From: Candidatus Omnitrophota bacterium | GTDB taxonomy: Bacteria > Omnitrophota > Gorgyraeia > Duberdicusellales > 4484-171 | Reading direction: 5' to 3' | Assembly (NCBI GenBank): GCA_037146775.1 | Contig: JBAWWL010000005.1 | Location: 33,848-97,847 of the forward strand | DNA length: 64,000 nucleotides | Shown here: positions 45,608 through 55,397 of the stretch, piece after piece | Layout of the letters: each line of letters begins with the position of its first letter | Numbering within the stretch: position 1 is the first letter of the stretch | The notes under the pieces: generated by a model | Database searches by the model: none | Seen by the model: the letters and a program-made list of their open reading frames with translations, nothing else | What the model was told of the DNA's origin: nothing | Translations under genes and position numbers: made by a program

Positions 45608-47059
45608 ATGCACATATTTTGTATTTTTGCTATTCCTTTGTTGATGATGCTGGGGGCGCTAGGGATTAATAACATTCGTGTCTTGGGGCGCCTAAACGCT
45701 TTTGGCTATGCGGTGATATTGGGATACGCTGCCTTTCTGGCATATACCCTCAAGCAGCCGTTAGTGCTCTTTAATTTTTTCTATATAGACGCTTTAAGCG
45801 CTTTTTTTCTCTTTGTCATAGCTTTGGTTACTTCCGCTGCGGCACTTTTTTCCATAGAGTATATTGCCAAAGATCTTGCCGCGGGCGCTTTTTCGCAAAA
45901 AAAAGCCAAAGGGTACTACCTGCTTTTTAATTTGTTTTCTCTTTCCATGTTTTTTGTACCGGTAGTAAATAACCTGGGAATGGTATGGGTCGGTATCGAG
46001 CTCACTACGCTTGCCTCGGCGTTCTTGGTCGGTTTTTACAATAATAAAGCATCGCTTGAGGCGGCATGGAAATACATTATTATCTGTTCCGTGGGAATAA
46101 TTTTTGCTTTGTTTGGAACGATCATTTTTTATTATACCGCTTCACATCACGCCGGTATCAATAGTCTTAATTGGACCGACATGGCCGCCGGAGCCAAGAA
46201 TTTAAACGCCAACATAGTAAAAATCGCCTTTTTGTTCATTCTGGTGGGTTATGGCACCAAGGCCGGCCTCGCACCCATGCATACCTGGCTTCCCGACGCT
46301 CACAGCCAGGCGATTTCTCCGGTAAGCGCGATGCTTTCCGGCGTGCTATTAAAAACCGCTCTTTACGCGATCTTACGTTTTAATGTGATTACCAATATTT
46401 GTGTTGGCAGCCAATATACCTCAAGGCTTTTTATTTTGTTTGGGCTTATTTCTTTGGGGGTAGCCTGCCTTTTCCTTTTAGTGCAAAAACACATAAAAAG
46501 ATTTTTTGCCTACAGCAGCATCGAACACGTAGGAATAATCAGCGTGGGTTTCGGTATAGGAGGAAGTTTAGGGTTTTATGCCGCATTGTTGCATATTTTT
46601 AACCATGCGGTGACCAAGTCGTTGTTGTTTTTTGCCGCGGCAGATGTGGTAAAAAAATATAAAAAAGATAATATGCATATTATCAAAGGCGTCGTAAATG
46701 CCTTACCGTTTACCGGAATAATGCTTGTCTTGGGCATGTTTGCCATAGCGGGTATGCCCCCGTTTTCCATATTTTTTAGCGAGCTTTTGATATTGATTGC
46801 AGGGTTTTCAAAGGGCGCATACGCGGTTTCAAGCCTGCTTTTACTGTTTATAGTAGTTATTTTCGGCGCGATAATCTTTCATTTGAGCCAGATACTTTTC
46901 GGAAAAAAGCCGCAGGATATGCCGGTAGGTAGAGAAGCGGCCAGCAGCAAGCTCGCTTTTATTATTTTAATGATCTGTATGTGTGTGGTAGGTTTTAGGG
47001 TGCCGGCATTTTTACACAGCTTAATTTCACTAGCTGCAGCAGTATTAATGAAGGTATAG
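45608..47059 (+). CDS. hyfF: HyfF-like proton-translocating subunit
   Basis: IELTTLAS, LEAAWKY, GYGTKAGLAPMHTWLPDAHSQA, AYSSIEHVG. Confidence 0.92.
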   Translation: MHIFCIFAIPLLMMLGALGINNIRVLGRLNAFGYAVILGYAAFLAYTLKQPLVLFNFFYIDALSAFFLFVIALVTSAAALFSIEYIAKDLAAGAFSQKKAKGYYLLFNLFSLSMFFVPVVNNLGMVWVGIELTTLASAFLVGFYNNKASLEAAWKYIIICSVGIIFALFGTIIFYYTASHHAGINSLNWTDMAAGAKNLNANIVKIAFLFILVGYGTKAGLAPMHTWLPDAHSQAISPVSAMLSGVLLKTALYAILRFNVITNICVGSQYTSRLFILFGLISLGVACLFLLVQKHIKRFFAYSSIEHVGIISVGFGIGGSLGFYAALLHIFNHAVTKSLLFFAAADVVKKYKKDNMHIIKGVVNALPFTGIMLVLGMFAIAGMPPFSIFFSELLILIAGFSKGAYAVSSLLLLFIVVIFGAIIFHLSQILFGKKPQDMPVGREAASSKLAFIILMICMCVVGFRVPAFLHSLISLAAAVLMKV

Positions 47060-47060
47060 T

Positions 47061-48644
47061 ATGGTTTACCAAGATTTATTAAAAGGCATAGGGGAAATTT
47101 GCGGGATACAGCTGCTGGACGTTAGTGAGCGTTACCATGACGAAGTATACGTAAGCGTTCAGAAAGAAGATTTTAAAAAAGCCTGTATAGCGCTGCATAA
47201 ATACCTGCGTTCTCCGGTCATGACGCAGTTTGCCTTAGACAACCGCCAGGAACAGAAAGTTTTTGTTCTGTATTGCGGTTTTATGAGTATAAGATACAAA
47301 AAATGGGTTTTTGTGGTTACTGAAATTCCGGCTGATACCGCGCAATTCGATTCTCTGTCTAAAGAACTCTATTCAGCTACTTTGTTTGAGCGCGAAATTA
47401 AAGAAATGTTTGGCATAGAGCCATGTAACAGTCCCGATACGCGCAGCTTGCGGTTGCATGACGAAGTCTGGCCGAGAGGCCAGTACCCTTTAAGAAAAGA
47501 TTTTAAGACAGGTTTGTCCCAAGCTAATTTATTGGGAGAATATGCTTTTGCTAAAGTTGAGGGTGAGGGCATTTTTGAGGTTCCGGTCGGCCCGGTCCAT
47601 GCGGGTATTATCGCGCCCGGGCATTTTCGTTTTAGCTCGGCAGGCGAGCCGATTATCAATTTGGAAATCAGGCTCGGTTTTACGCATAGAGGAGTAGAAA
47701 AACTTTTTGAAGGTAAAAATATTTTCGAAGCAATAAAGCTTTCGGAGTGTGTCGCGGGCGACGCCGCCTTCGGCCACAGTTGGTCATTTTGCCAGGCAAT
47801 TGAAAAAAACTGCGGCGTAACTGTGCCGAAAAATTCTTCGGCTGCCCGGGCAATCCTTTTAGAGCTGGAGCGGATGTATAATCACGTAAACGATATAGGC
47901 GGTATCGCCATTGATGTGGGGTTTAGTTTTCCTGCGGCTTACGCTTCTTTAATGAAAGAAACGATATTACAATTAAACGAGAAAATTACCGGCAGCCGCT
48001 ACCTAAAAGGAGCGAACACGATAGGCGGAGTAAACTTTGATTTAAACGAAGAAAAGAAAAGACTCATTAAAAGCTCTTTAGGTGCCTTTGCGAAAGATTT
48101 CGAAGAGCTTAAAAACATATTGTTTTCCAGTGTTTCTTTTATGGACAGGGTAGATGGCACCGGTATATTGAGGAAAAAAACCGCAGAGGATTTTGGCGTG
48201 GTAGGCCTTTGTGCCAGAGCCTCCGGGATAGCCGCGGATTTGAGAAAAGATTTTACCGGCATATATGATAAAGTTAAGTTTCATTCAGAGAAACAGGAAA
48301 CAGGGGATGTTTTGGCCAGACTGAATCTGCGGATTCTTGAATGCGAAGAATCTATGCGTTTAATAGAACAATTTTTGCGTATCGTAGGTGGGTCAGAGAA
48401 TAAAATCTTAATCAGGCCGCAACCCAAGGCAGGTTTTGCTTTGGGGTACATAGAAAGCTGGCGCGGCCCGGTGCTCTATTGGGTTAAGATCGATGCTCAA
48501 GGTTTTATTGAACGCTGTAAGATTGTCGACCCTTCATTTCATAACTGGCCGGCTCTTGCGTACGCGGTGTTAGGTAATATTATTCCCGATTTTCCTTTGT
48601 GTAACAAGAGTTTCGATCTGTCATATGCGGGTAACGACCTATAG
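47061..48644 (+). CDS. Ehr large subunit (HycE/HyfG-like, NuoCD-type, lacks Ni-binding CxxC motifs)
   Basis: FEREIKEMFG, VGPVHAGII.PGHFRF, HRGVEK; SECVAGD and PDFPLCNKSFDLSYAGNDL replace the L1/L2 motifs. Confidence 0.9.
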   Translation: MVYQDLLKGIGEICGIQLLDVSERYHDEVYVSVQKEDFKKACIALHKYLRSPVMTQFALDNRQEQKVFVLYCGFMSIRYKKWVFVVTEIPADTAQFDSLSKELYSATLFEREIKEMFGIEPCNSPDTRSLRLHDEVWPRGQYPLRKDFKTGLSQANLLGEYAFAKVEGEGIFEVPVGPVHAGIIAPGHFRFSSAGEPIINLEIRLGFTHRGVEKLFEGKNIFEAIKLSECVAGDAAFGHSWSFCQAIEKNCGVTVPKNSSAARAILLELERMYNHVNDIGGIAIDVGFSFPAAYASLMKETILQLNEKITGSRYLKGANTIGGVNFDLNEEKKRLIKSSLGAFAKDFEELKNILFSSVSFMDRVDGTGILRKKTAEDFGVVGLCARASGIAADLRKDFTGIYDKVKFHSEKQETGDVLARLNLRILECEESMRLIEQFLRIVGGSENKILIRPQPKAGFALGYIESWRGPVLYWVKIDAQGFIERCKIVDPSFHNWPALAYAVLGNIIPDFPLCNKSFDLSYAGNDL

Positions 48645-48650
48645 AGAAAC

Positions 48651-48722
48651 GATTACACAGATTTTTAGGAATGATTACACAGATTGAGAAATCAGTGTAA
48701 TCTGCATTTAATCGGTGTAATC
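48651..48722. repeat. GATTACACA direct/inverted repeat hairpin at a gene junction
   Basis: gattacacagatt twice, then aatcagtgtaatc and aatcggtgtaatc. Confidence 0.8.
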
Positions 48723-48735
48723 TTATTTAAAAAAT

Positions 48736-49272
48736 ATGATTCAGATACTTAAAAACAGATTGATAAAAGGCATCGTATCGCAGCCGGTTGAGCTAAAATC
48801 TTTAGTCAAAGATAATCTTGCTGCCGTGGAGCTTGAATCTGTTGGTTCGGAGCTGCAAAAATTAATACGCAAAAAATTCGGCAGGTCTTTACATATCAGG
48901 GAAGTAGACACCGGTTCCTGCGGCGCCTGCGATTCGGAAATAATTTCTACTACTAATCCCCTGTATGATGTGCAGCGTTTCGGTGTCAATTTTGTCGCTT
49001 CGCCCCGTCATGCTGACGCGCTTATGGTTACCGGGCCGGTATCAAAAAATATGCTTGGCGCTTTAAAAAAAACCTATGGGGCTATGCCGGAGCCAAAGTT
49101 TGTAATTACTGTCGGAGATTGCGCTCTTGCCGGAGGGGTATTTAAAGATTCTTATTATACCGCCGGCGGCGTTAATGCGATTCTCCCGGTTGCTCTGCAT
49201 ATTCCGGGTTGTCCGCCAAAACCATTGGAAATAATCACTTCACTGCTTACATTTCTTTCCTGTTGTAAATAA
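48736..49272 (+). CDS. Ehr small Fe-S subunit (NuoB/HyfI-like)
   Basis: DTGSCGAC, ASPRHAD, GDCA, IPGCPP. Confidence 0.92.
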   Translation: MIQILKNRLIKGIVSQPVELKSLVKDNLAAVELESVGSELQKLIRKKFGRSLHIREVDTGSCGACDSEIISTTNPLYDVQRFGVNFVASPRHADALMVTGPVSKNMLGALKKTYGAMPEPKFVITVGDCALAGGVFKDSYYTAGGVNAILPVALHIPGCPPKPLEIITSLLTFLSCCK

Positions 49273-49324
49273 CAGCCTTGTGACTTGCTTATTTTTCTAC
49301 TGATGATATATTGGCGCTACGTAT

Positions 49325-50494
49325 ATGAAAAAACAACATATCCATCAATCTGAGCAAAAAAATAATAAGTTTCCTTTTAACGCAATCAAAATCGCTATGT
49401 TCTATGCTATTGTTTTTGTTCTTTTGGCCATTACGGTGTACCTGGCCTGGGTTAACCACAGTAATTTCGAAGATGCCATGATAACTCAGGCGCATAATCA
49501 ACTTTTCCTTATTGCTAAATCGCAGGCGCAGAGCATTGAAGAACATATGGGTGATATTTATGAAGAGTTATCAATAACATCGCAGCAGCCGGCAGTTCAC
49601 GATTTTCTTAAGCAAAAAACACAACGATCTTCCACGGCAGCCCGAGAGAGCTTATTAAGTGCTGCATATAAAGATATACAAAAATTAACCGACTCACTAT
49701 GTTTACTAAACGCAGAAGGAATTGTAGTAGACGCTATGCCGGTTGGTATTATTTCCGTCGGCGATGACTTATCTTCGTTGGCTGAGATAAAAAGTATTAC
49801 CATGCAGCCGCAGGCTGTTTTCAGCAATGTATTTAAGCTTACAAACGGAAAATTGGCAATTGCTTATACGTATCCCGTTATTGATCAAGGCCGGTTCATA
49901 GGCTCGCTCAGAACAGTTATTGTATTAGAGAGGATCCAGCGTCTGGTAGATCATATTAACCGGATCGGAAAAATAAAAGCCTTGGTTGTCGGTTCCGGCC
50001 AGACGCTTATTGTCTATCCTGACTCGCAGTATGTAGGAAAGAATTTTACTTCTGTAATAAAGGAAAGAGCCTTCCGTTCCGGTAGTTTTGATCCGGCTAT
50101 GCTTGCAGAAAAGATGAGCAAGGGCGAAGAAGGGAAGGGGGTTGTGTATTGTTTCTTCGATCAAGTTGCACATATTGAAAAAAACTTGATTGCGTTTATT
50201 CCTATCCATCTTGGCAAAGAGGTATGGTCGATAGCGGCCTTTATGCCATATCAGGAAATCGCCGGCCCCATTCATCGAAACGTGCTCGATAATATTCTTT
50301 TTGTCGGACTTATCTTGCTTATTTTTGTGATAGTCGGTACGGTGATATATATCATGCAGCAAAAAAAAGTAAAGCTCGAAGTCGAAACTCTGGCGCTCAA
50401 TATCATTAATCGCCAGTTACATTCGGATATTAGCGAGCGTAAACGCATAGAAGAAGAGTTCTATAAATCCTTCGGTCGGAAGCCGCGAAAATGA
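49325..50494 (+). CDS. Cache-domain membrane sensor without output domain
   Basis: TM, periplasmic dCache-like region, TM, then DISERKRIEE and stop. Confidence 0.72.
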   Translation: MKKQHIHQSEQKNNKFPFNAIKIAMFYAIVFVLLAITVYLAWVNHSNFEDAMITQAHNQLFLIAKSQAQSIEEHMGDIYEELSITSQQPAVHDFLKQKTQRSSTAARESLLSAAYKDIQKLTDSLCLLNAEGIVVDAMPVGIISVGDDLSSLAEIKSITMQPQAVFSNVFKLTNGKLAIAYTYPVIDQGRFIGSLRTVIVLERIQRLVDHINRIGKIKALVVGSGQTLIVYPDSQYVGKNFTSVIKERAFRSGSFDPAMLAEKMSKGEEGKGVVYCFFDQVAHIEKNLIAFIPIHLGKEVWSIAAFMPYQEIAGPIHRNVLDNILFVGLILLIFVIVGTVIYIMQQKKVKLEVETLALNIINRQLHSDISERKRIEEEFYKSFGRKPRK

Positions 50495-50543
50495 TTACGA
50501 TGACATCTTTTTTGTCATAGCCAAAAAACTTTAATTTTTTTTC

Positions 50544-50577
50544 TTGACAAATGATACTAATATGGTATCATTATAGT
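50544..50577 (+). promoter_or_regulatory. Promoter with palindromic operator (probable Rrf2 site)
   Basis: TTGACA at 50544 followed by AATGATAC-N7-GTATCATT (50550-50572) upstream of an Rrf2 gene. Confidence 0.68.
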
Positions 50578-50593
50578 GAAAAGGAGGTGTGCC

Positions 50594-50677
50594 ATGAGGA
50601 TAACTATAAGGTATATGTTGCGTCCGGTAGCTCACTGTAAAGAAGGTTGTAGTACGTTGTCCCGGGCAAGACGTTAA
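50594..50677 (+). CDS. Putative 27-aa leader peptide
   Basis: SD aaggaggtg; MRITIRYMLRPVAHCKEGCSTLSRARR. Confidence 0.4.
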   Translation: MRITIRYMLRPVAHCKEGCSTLSRARR

Positions 50678-50730
50678 ACTGCCCACCCGTCTTAAAATAT
50701 TGCGATACTATAAAAACAGAAAAGGAAACA

Positions 50731-51129
50731 ATGAAACTAATTACTCGTAACACCGACTATGCTCTGAGATCTATATGTTTTATCGCCCGGCACGAAGAAA
50801 GAACGATTTCGGTTTCGGAATTGGTAAAAGAATTAAAAATACCCCGATCATTCTTAAGAAAGATTCTGCAGATATTGACCAAAAAAGAAATTCTTAAATC
50901 GGCGAGAGGTTTGGGGGGGGGATTTTTGTTGGCTGTACCAACACGCAAGATTCTACTGACAGATTTGATTAAAATATTTCAAGGCCAGTTGAATCTAAAC
51001 GAATGTTTTTTTAAAAAAATGCCATGCCCGAATATGGAAAAATGTATTTTAAGGAAAAAAATAAGTAAAATCGAGCGATATGTATTACGTGAATTGAAAA
51101 CTATTACCATAGCTTCTTTATTGGGATAA
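50731..51129 (+). CDS. Rrf2-family transcriptional regulator
   Basis: TDYALR, FLRKILQIL, RGLGGGF, three C-terminal Cys. Confidence 0.92.
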   Translation: MKLITRNTDYALRSICFIARHEERTISVSELVKELKIPRSFLRKILQILTKKEILKSARGLGGGFLLAVPTRKILLTDLIKIFQGQLNLNECFFKKMPCPNMEKCILRKKISKIERYVLRELKTITIASLLG

Positions 51130-51132
51130 AAC

Positions 51133-51951
51133 ATGGCAAAAAGAAAAATTATTAAAATTGATGAAAAAAAATGTAATGGCTGCGGCCTGTGTATACCGAA
51201 TTGTCCGGAAGGTGCTATCCAGGTTATCAATAATAAAGCGCGTTTAATCAGTGATATATGCTGCGATGGTTTAGGCGCCTGCATCGGTTACTGTCCGCTT
51301 GGTGCAATTACTATTGAAGAAAGAGAAGCCAAAGCTTACGATGAATGGCAGGTAATGGAACAAATGATAAAACAGGGAGAAGAGGTAATAAAAGCGCATC
51401 TCAAACATCTTAAAGAGCACAATCAGGAGAGTTACTTACAGCAAGCCTTAAATTTTTTAAAAGAAAAGAATATAACCGTGTCTATAGATGATAAAAACGA
51501 CAATAAAGCTTGTGCTTGTTCCGGAAGCCAAAGTAGAGATTTGAGTAAGCGGACAGCTTCGTTTTCCGGCACGGTTACTACAGGTTCACAATTAAGGCAA
51601 TGGCCTATTCAACTACATTTGATCAATCCGGCCGCGCATTATTTTAAAAATGCAGACTTACTTATTGCGGCAGATTGTACGCCGTTTACTTTTTCTAACT
51701 TCCATGAACGTTTTTTGAAAGGAAAGATACTTCTTATTTGTTGCCCGAAACTGGATCAAACAAAAGAGTTGTACATAGAAAAATTGACTCAGCTATTCAG
51801 AGATAACGCAATAAAATCAATAACTGTTGTGCACATGGAAGTTCCCTGTTGTTTTGGCTTGGTGAATATAGTTCAAGAGGCGGTGAATCAATCTCAAGAA
51901 AACATGCTTATTAAAGAATACAATATTTCTATCGGTGGAGAAATATTATGA
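51133..51951 (+). CDS. 4Fe-4S dicluster protein commonly associated with hcp
   Basis: CNGCGLCIPNCPEGA, CDGLGACIGYCP, QWPIQLHL, AADC, CPKLD, MEVPCC. Confidence 0.88.
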   Translation: MAKRKIIKIDEKKCNGCGLCIPNCPEGAIQVINNKARLISDICCDGLGACIGYCPLGAITIEEREAKAYDEWQVMEQMIKQGEEVIKAHLKHLKEHNQESYLQQALNFLKEKNITVSIDDKNDNKACACSGSQSRDLSKRTASFSGTVTTGSQLRQWPIQLHLINPAAHYFKNADLLIAADCTPFTFSNFHERFLKGKILLICCPKLDQTKELYIEKLTQLFRDNAIKSITVVHMEVPCCFGLVNIVQEAVNQSQENMLIKEYNISIGGEIL

Positions 51952-52006
51952 AAATATTTAAGGGGAGATTTTGAAAAATTATTTGATGTGTGGGGTTGCA
52001 AGGTTT

Positions 52007-52110
52007 ATCTCGATGTATCTGAATACTCGGAAAATCTCTCCGATATTTTCCGAGAATACATCGAGATCAATTCAACTAAGTGTTTTTTAGGCAAGGCGCC
52101 GAAAAAACAC
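52007..52110. repeat. Intergenic REP-like hairpins
   Basis: atctcgatgtat..ctcggaaaat/attttccgag..atacatcgagat (52007-52067) and gtgtttttt/aaaaaacac (52080-52110). Confidence 0.65.
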
Positions 52111-52132
52111 AAGTTTCATTGAGGAGGTTGTT

Positions 52133-53800
52133 ATGGCAATGTTTTGTCGGCAATGTGAGCAGACTGCCCGGGGAACGGGTTGTAATGTGAAAGGTGTTTG
52201 CGGAAAAAACGAAGATGTAGCCAAACTGCAGGATGTACTTGTGCACAGCCTGAAAGCCATTGCCATATATGGCAATTTAGCGCGCCAGCTGGGAGTAAAA
52301 GACAGGACAGTAGATCATTTTATGATGCAAGGGCTGTTTACTACCGTAACCAATGTGAATTTTTCTCTTCAACGTATTGCCGAGATGATTTATAAATCTC
52401 AAGAAATAAAACAAAAGATAAAAAAGCTGTTTTTGGAAGAACACAAAAAGAAAAACAATAACAATTTTACAGAAACTTTGCCGGATCTAATAAGCTGGGA
52501 GCCGGCAAGTTTCTTGGACGGCCTGCTGCTTCAGGCTCAGCGGGTAGGAATTTCGTCTGGTGAAATAAGCGATGATCTGCGCAGCCTTCAGGAAATGCTC
52601 CTTTACGGGTTAAAGGGAATGGCTGCTTATGCGGATCACGCCTTTATATTAGGTAAAGAAAGTGAAGAAGTAAATGCATTCTTTTTCAAGGCTTTAGCTG
52701 CCCTCAGTAATAATCGGCTCGTCGCTGGAGACTACCTGGCATTATTAATGGAGTGCGGCACGGTAAATTTGAAATGTATGGAAATGCTCGATCAGGCACA
52801 TAATGAACATTTTGGAGCTCCTGTGCCGACTCAGGTTACATTAGGAGTAAGAAAGGGGCCCGCGATTATTGTTTCCGGGCATGATTTGTATGATTTAGAA
52901 CAACTTCTTGAGCAAACAAAGGATAAGGGAATTAATATATATACGCACGGAGAAATGCTTGCCGCTCACGGTTATCCCGGATTGAAAAAATATAAACATT
53001 TAGCCGGACATTTTGGTACTGCCTGGCAAAATCAGCAGAAAGAATTTGATAATATCGCGGCGGTAATATTGATGACAACCAATTGTATTCAGGAGCCGAA
53101 AGTATCCTACAAAGACAGGATATTTACCACTGGCTTAGTTGCCTGGCCGGATGTTATGCATATTGAAGAAAAAGCAGGGAATAAAGATTTCAGCCCGCTT
53201 ATTGTAAAAGCAACACAGCTTGGCGGTTTTATAAATGATTCAATAGAAAAAGAAATTACCGTAGGATTTGGGCATCATGCTGTCTTGGCCGCCGCTGATA
53301 AAATTATTAGCGCAGTCAATGCCGGCCAGATTAAACATTTTTTCTTAATCGGCGGTTGCGACGGCGCAAAGCCTGGAAGGAACTATTACACCGATTTTGC
53401 GCAAAAAGTTCCCAAGGATTGCATGATCCTGACCCTTGCGTGCGGAAAATTTCGTTTTAACCGGCTCGATTTTGGTACAATCGGAGTGTTTCCGAGGTTA
53501 TTGGATTGCGGTCAATGCAACGACGCATATTCTGCGATAAAAATAGCCGTGGCTTTAGCTAATGCATTCAAGTGCAGCGTTAATGAATTACCCCTTTCGC
53601 TAATTCTTTCCTGGTATGAACAAAAAGCAGTGGTTATATTGCTTACTCTATTATCCCTGGGTATAAAAAATATCCGTCTCGGTCCAAGCTTGCCGGCATT
53701 CGTTTCGGCTGGTATACTAAAAATACTGGTAGAACAGTTTGATATAAAACCAATTACTACCGCCGACAACGATCTCAAGGAGATATTGAAAGCGGTATGA
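52133..53800 (+). CDS. hcp: Hybrid cluster protein (hydroxylamine/NO reductase)
   Basis: MFCRQCEQT...GC...GVCGK, SGHDL, YTHGEM, TTNC, GGCDG, CGQCNDAYS, SWYEQKAV. Confidence 0.97.
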   Translation: MAMFCRQCEQTARGTGCNVKGVCGKNEDVAKLQDVLVHSLKAIAIYGNLARQLGVKDRTVDHFMMQGLFTTVTNVNFSLQRIAEMIYKSQEIKQKIKKLFLEEHKKKNNNNFTETLPDLISWEPASFLDGLLLQAQRVGISSGEISDDLRSLQEMLLYGLKGMAAYADHAFILGKESEEVNAFFFKALAALSNNRLVAGDYLALLMECGTVNLKCMEMLDQAHNEHFGAPVPTQVTLGVRKGPAIIVSGHDLYDLEQLLEQTKDKGINIYTHGEMLAAHGYPGLKKYKHLAGHFGTAWQNQQKEFDNIAAVILMTTNCIQEPKVSYKDRIFTTGLVAWPDVMHIEEKAGNKDFSPLIVKATQLGGFINDSIEKEITVGFGHHAVLAAADKIISAVNAGQIKHFFLIGGCDGAKPGRNYYTDFAQKVPKDCMILTLACGKFRFNRLDFGTIGVFPRLLDCGQCNDAYSAIKIAVALANAFKCSVNELPLSLILSWYEQKAVVILLTLLSLGIKNIRLGPSLPAFVSAGILKILVEQFDIKPITTADNDLKEILKAV

Positions 53801-53840
53801 TGGTTGGAGGATCGTCACTATTATCTGAAGGAGGTATGCT

Positions 53841-54152
53841 ATGATGATGCCAATGGCAAAATTGCATGGTTTCGCTATGTTTGTTCCGGCTACTCTCTTG
53901 TTGACCGTGAGTTTTTTTGTGCTCGTACAGCTTCGTAAAATCGAAGAGCAAGGGCTAAAATTTTTTGGACATGCGGTCGTTGTACTCCTGTGGCTAAGCG
54001 CGGCGCTCATCTTTTCTACGGGCATGTATAATACATCGAAATGTTGTTCTATGATGTCCGAACGTCAGGGGATGATGGGGCACTCAATGAAATCTATGGG
54101 TAAATGTATGGACAAGACAGGAATGCCGGCAGAAATGAAAGTGCAACAATAA
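53841..54152 (+). CDS. Small two-TM protein with Met-rich tail
   Basis: SD aaggaggt; PATLLLTVSFFVL, FFGHAVVVLLW. Confidence 0.7.
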   Translation: MMMPMAKLHGFAMFVPATLLLTVSFFVLVQLRKIEEQGLKFFGHAVVVLLWLSAALIFSTGMYNTSKCCSMMSERQGMMGHSMKSMGKCMDKTGMPAEMKVQQ

Positions 54153-54285
54153 TGTTGTACTGCATGCGCATTTTTGAGAAGATTAACGGGAATAAGAAAA
54201 CCGGGACGACAGTGTTGACGAGTAATGCATGATAACCAATATTTGTTGTGGTTAAGAGATAAAAAACAGAAGCATAGGAGGGATT

Positions 54286-54864
54286 ATGGCTAAGGTACTT
54301 AAGGGCACCAAAACAGAGGCAAATTTGCTGAAGGCGTTCGCAGGGGAGTCTCAAGCGCGTAATAGATATACTTACTTTGCTTCCGCCGCTAAAAAAGAAG
54401 GCTATGAACAGATAGCCAATATTTTTCTTGAGACGGCCGAGAACGAAAAAGAACATGCCAAGGTATTTTTTAAACATCTCGAAGGCGGAGAGCTTGAGAT
54501 TACCGCGCGCTATCCGGCCGGAATTATCAAAGATACCAAATCCAATCTTCAAGAAGCCGCCAACGGAGAGAACGCGGAATGGACAGTTATTTATTCTGAC
54601 TTTGCCCAAGTAGCCAAGAAGGAAGGTTTTCCTGATGTGGTGCGTTCGTTTGAACAGATTGCTAAGGTAGAAAAATTTCATGAGTCACGCTATCGCAAGC
54701 TTATAAGCAACCTTACTGAAAAGGAAGTTTTTAAGAAAAAGCAGTCAGTTAAGTGGCACTGTATAAATTGCGGGTATGTTTTTGAAGGTACCGAAGCGCC
54801 AAAAGAATGTCCTGCGTGTAAGCATCCACAGGCATACTATGAAGTATTGGCGGAAAATTTCTAG
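54286..54864 (+). CDS. rbr: Rubrerythrin
   Basis: AFAGESQARNRY, ENEKEHAK, EKFHE, CINCGY...CPAC. Confidence 0.96.
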   Translation: MAKVLKGTKTEANLLKAFAGESQARNRYTYFASAAKKEGYEQIANIFLETAENEKEHAKVFFKHLEGGELEITARYPAGIIKDTKSNLQEAANGENAEWTVIYSDFAQVAKKEGFPDVVRSFEQIAKVEKFHESRYRKLISNLTEKEVFKKKQSVKWHCINCGYVFEGTEAPKECPACKHPQAYYEVLAENF

Positions 54865-54869
54865 AGCGT

Positions 54870-55295
54870 ATGAGTGCTGTTTCCGGTCAATCCGATAAAC
54901 AAAAATCGCTTTCTGCAAAGATGGCCCGCCTGGGTATACGGGAAGAAGATATTGTAGAAAAATTTGTCAACTCGTCTGGCCCGGGCGGACAGCATGTTAA
55001 TAAAACCGCCTCCTGTGTATACTTAAAACACATTCCTACAGATGTTGAGGTGAAATGCCAAACCCAGCGTTCCCAGGCCTTGAATCGTTTCTTGGCAAGG
55101 TCGCTTTTAGCGCAAAAAATCGAGCGAAAGGCGTTCTTGGCATTGGCAGGTAAACGCCAGCAGATCGAAAAAATCAAGCGGCAAAATCGCAGACGGTCTT
55201 TACGCGCTAAACGTAAGATTGCTCAAGAAAAACATGAGCGTTCCGAGAAGAAAGGTTTACGCCGCAAAATCCGCGACGTAAGTGCTCTGGAATAG
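54870..55295 (+). CDS. ArfB/YaeJ-like peptidyl-tRNA hydrolase (RF-1 domain)
   Basis: SSGPGGQHVNKT, RSQALNR, basic C-terminal tail. Confidence 0.88.
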   Translation: MSAVSGQSDKQKSLSAKMARLGIREEDIVEKFVNSSGPGGQHVNKTASCVYLKHIPTDVEVKCQTQRSQALNRFLARSLLAQKIERKAFLALAGKRQQIEKIKRQNRRRSLRAKRKIAQEKHERSEKKGLRRKIRDVSALE

Positions 55296-55397
55296 AAATA
55301 AGGAAAAGATAGGCCAGGCAAGCATTTTTGTATCCTTGTAAAAGCAGCGCAAATATGTTATATACAAGGTGTAAAGTGTAAAAGTGACAATTTGGTA

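Noticed and set aside
47061-48644. Functional [NiFe]-hydrogenase
   Set aside because: Both Ni-binding CxxC motifs are absent.
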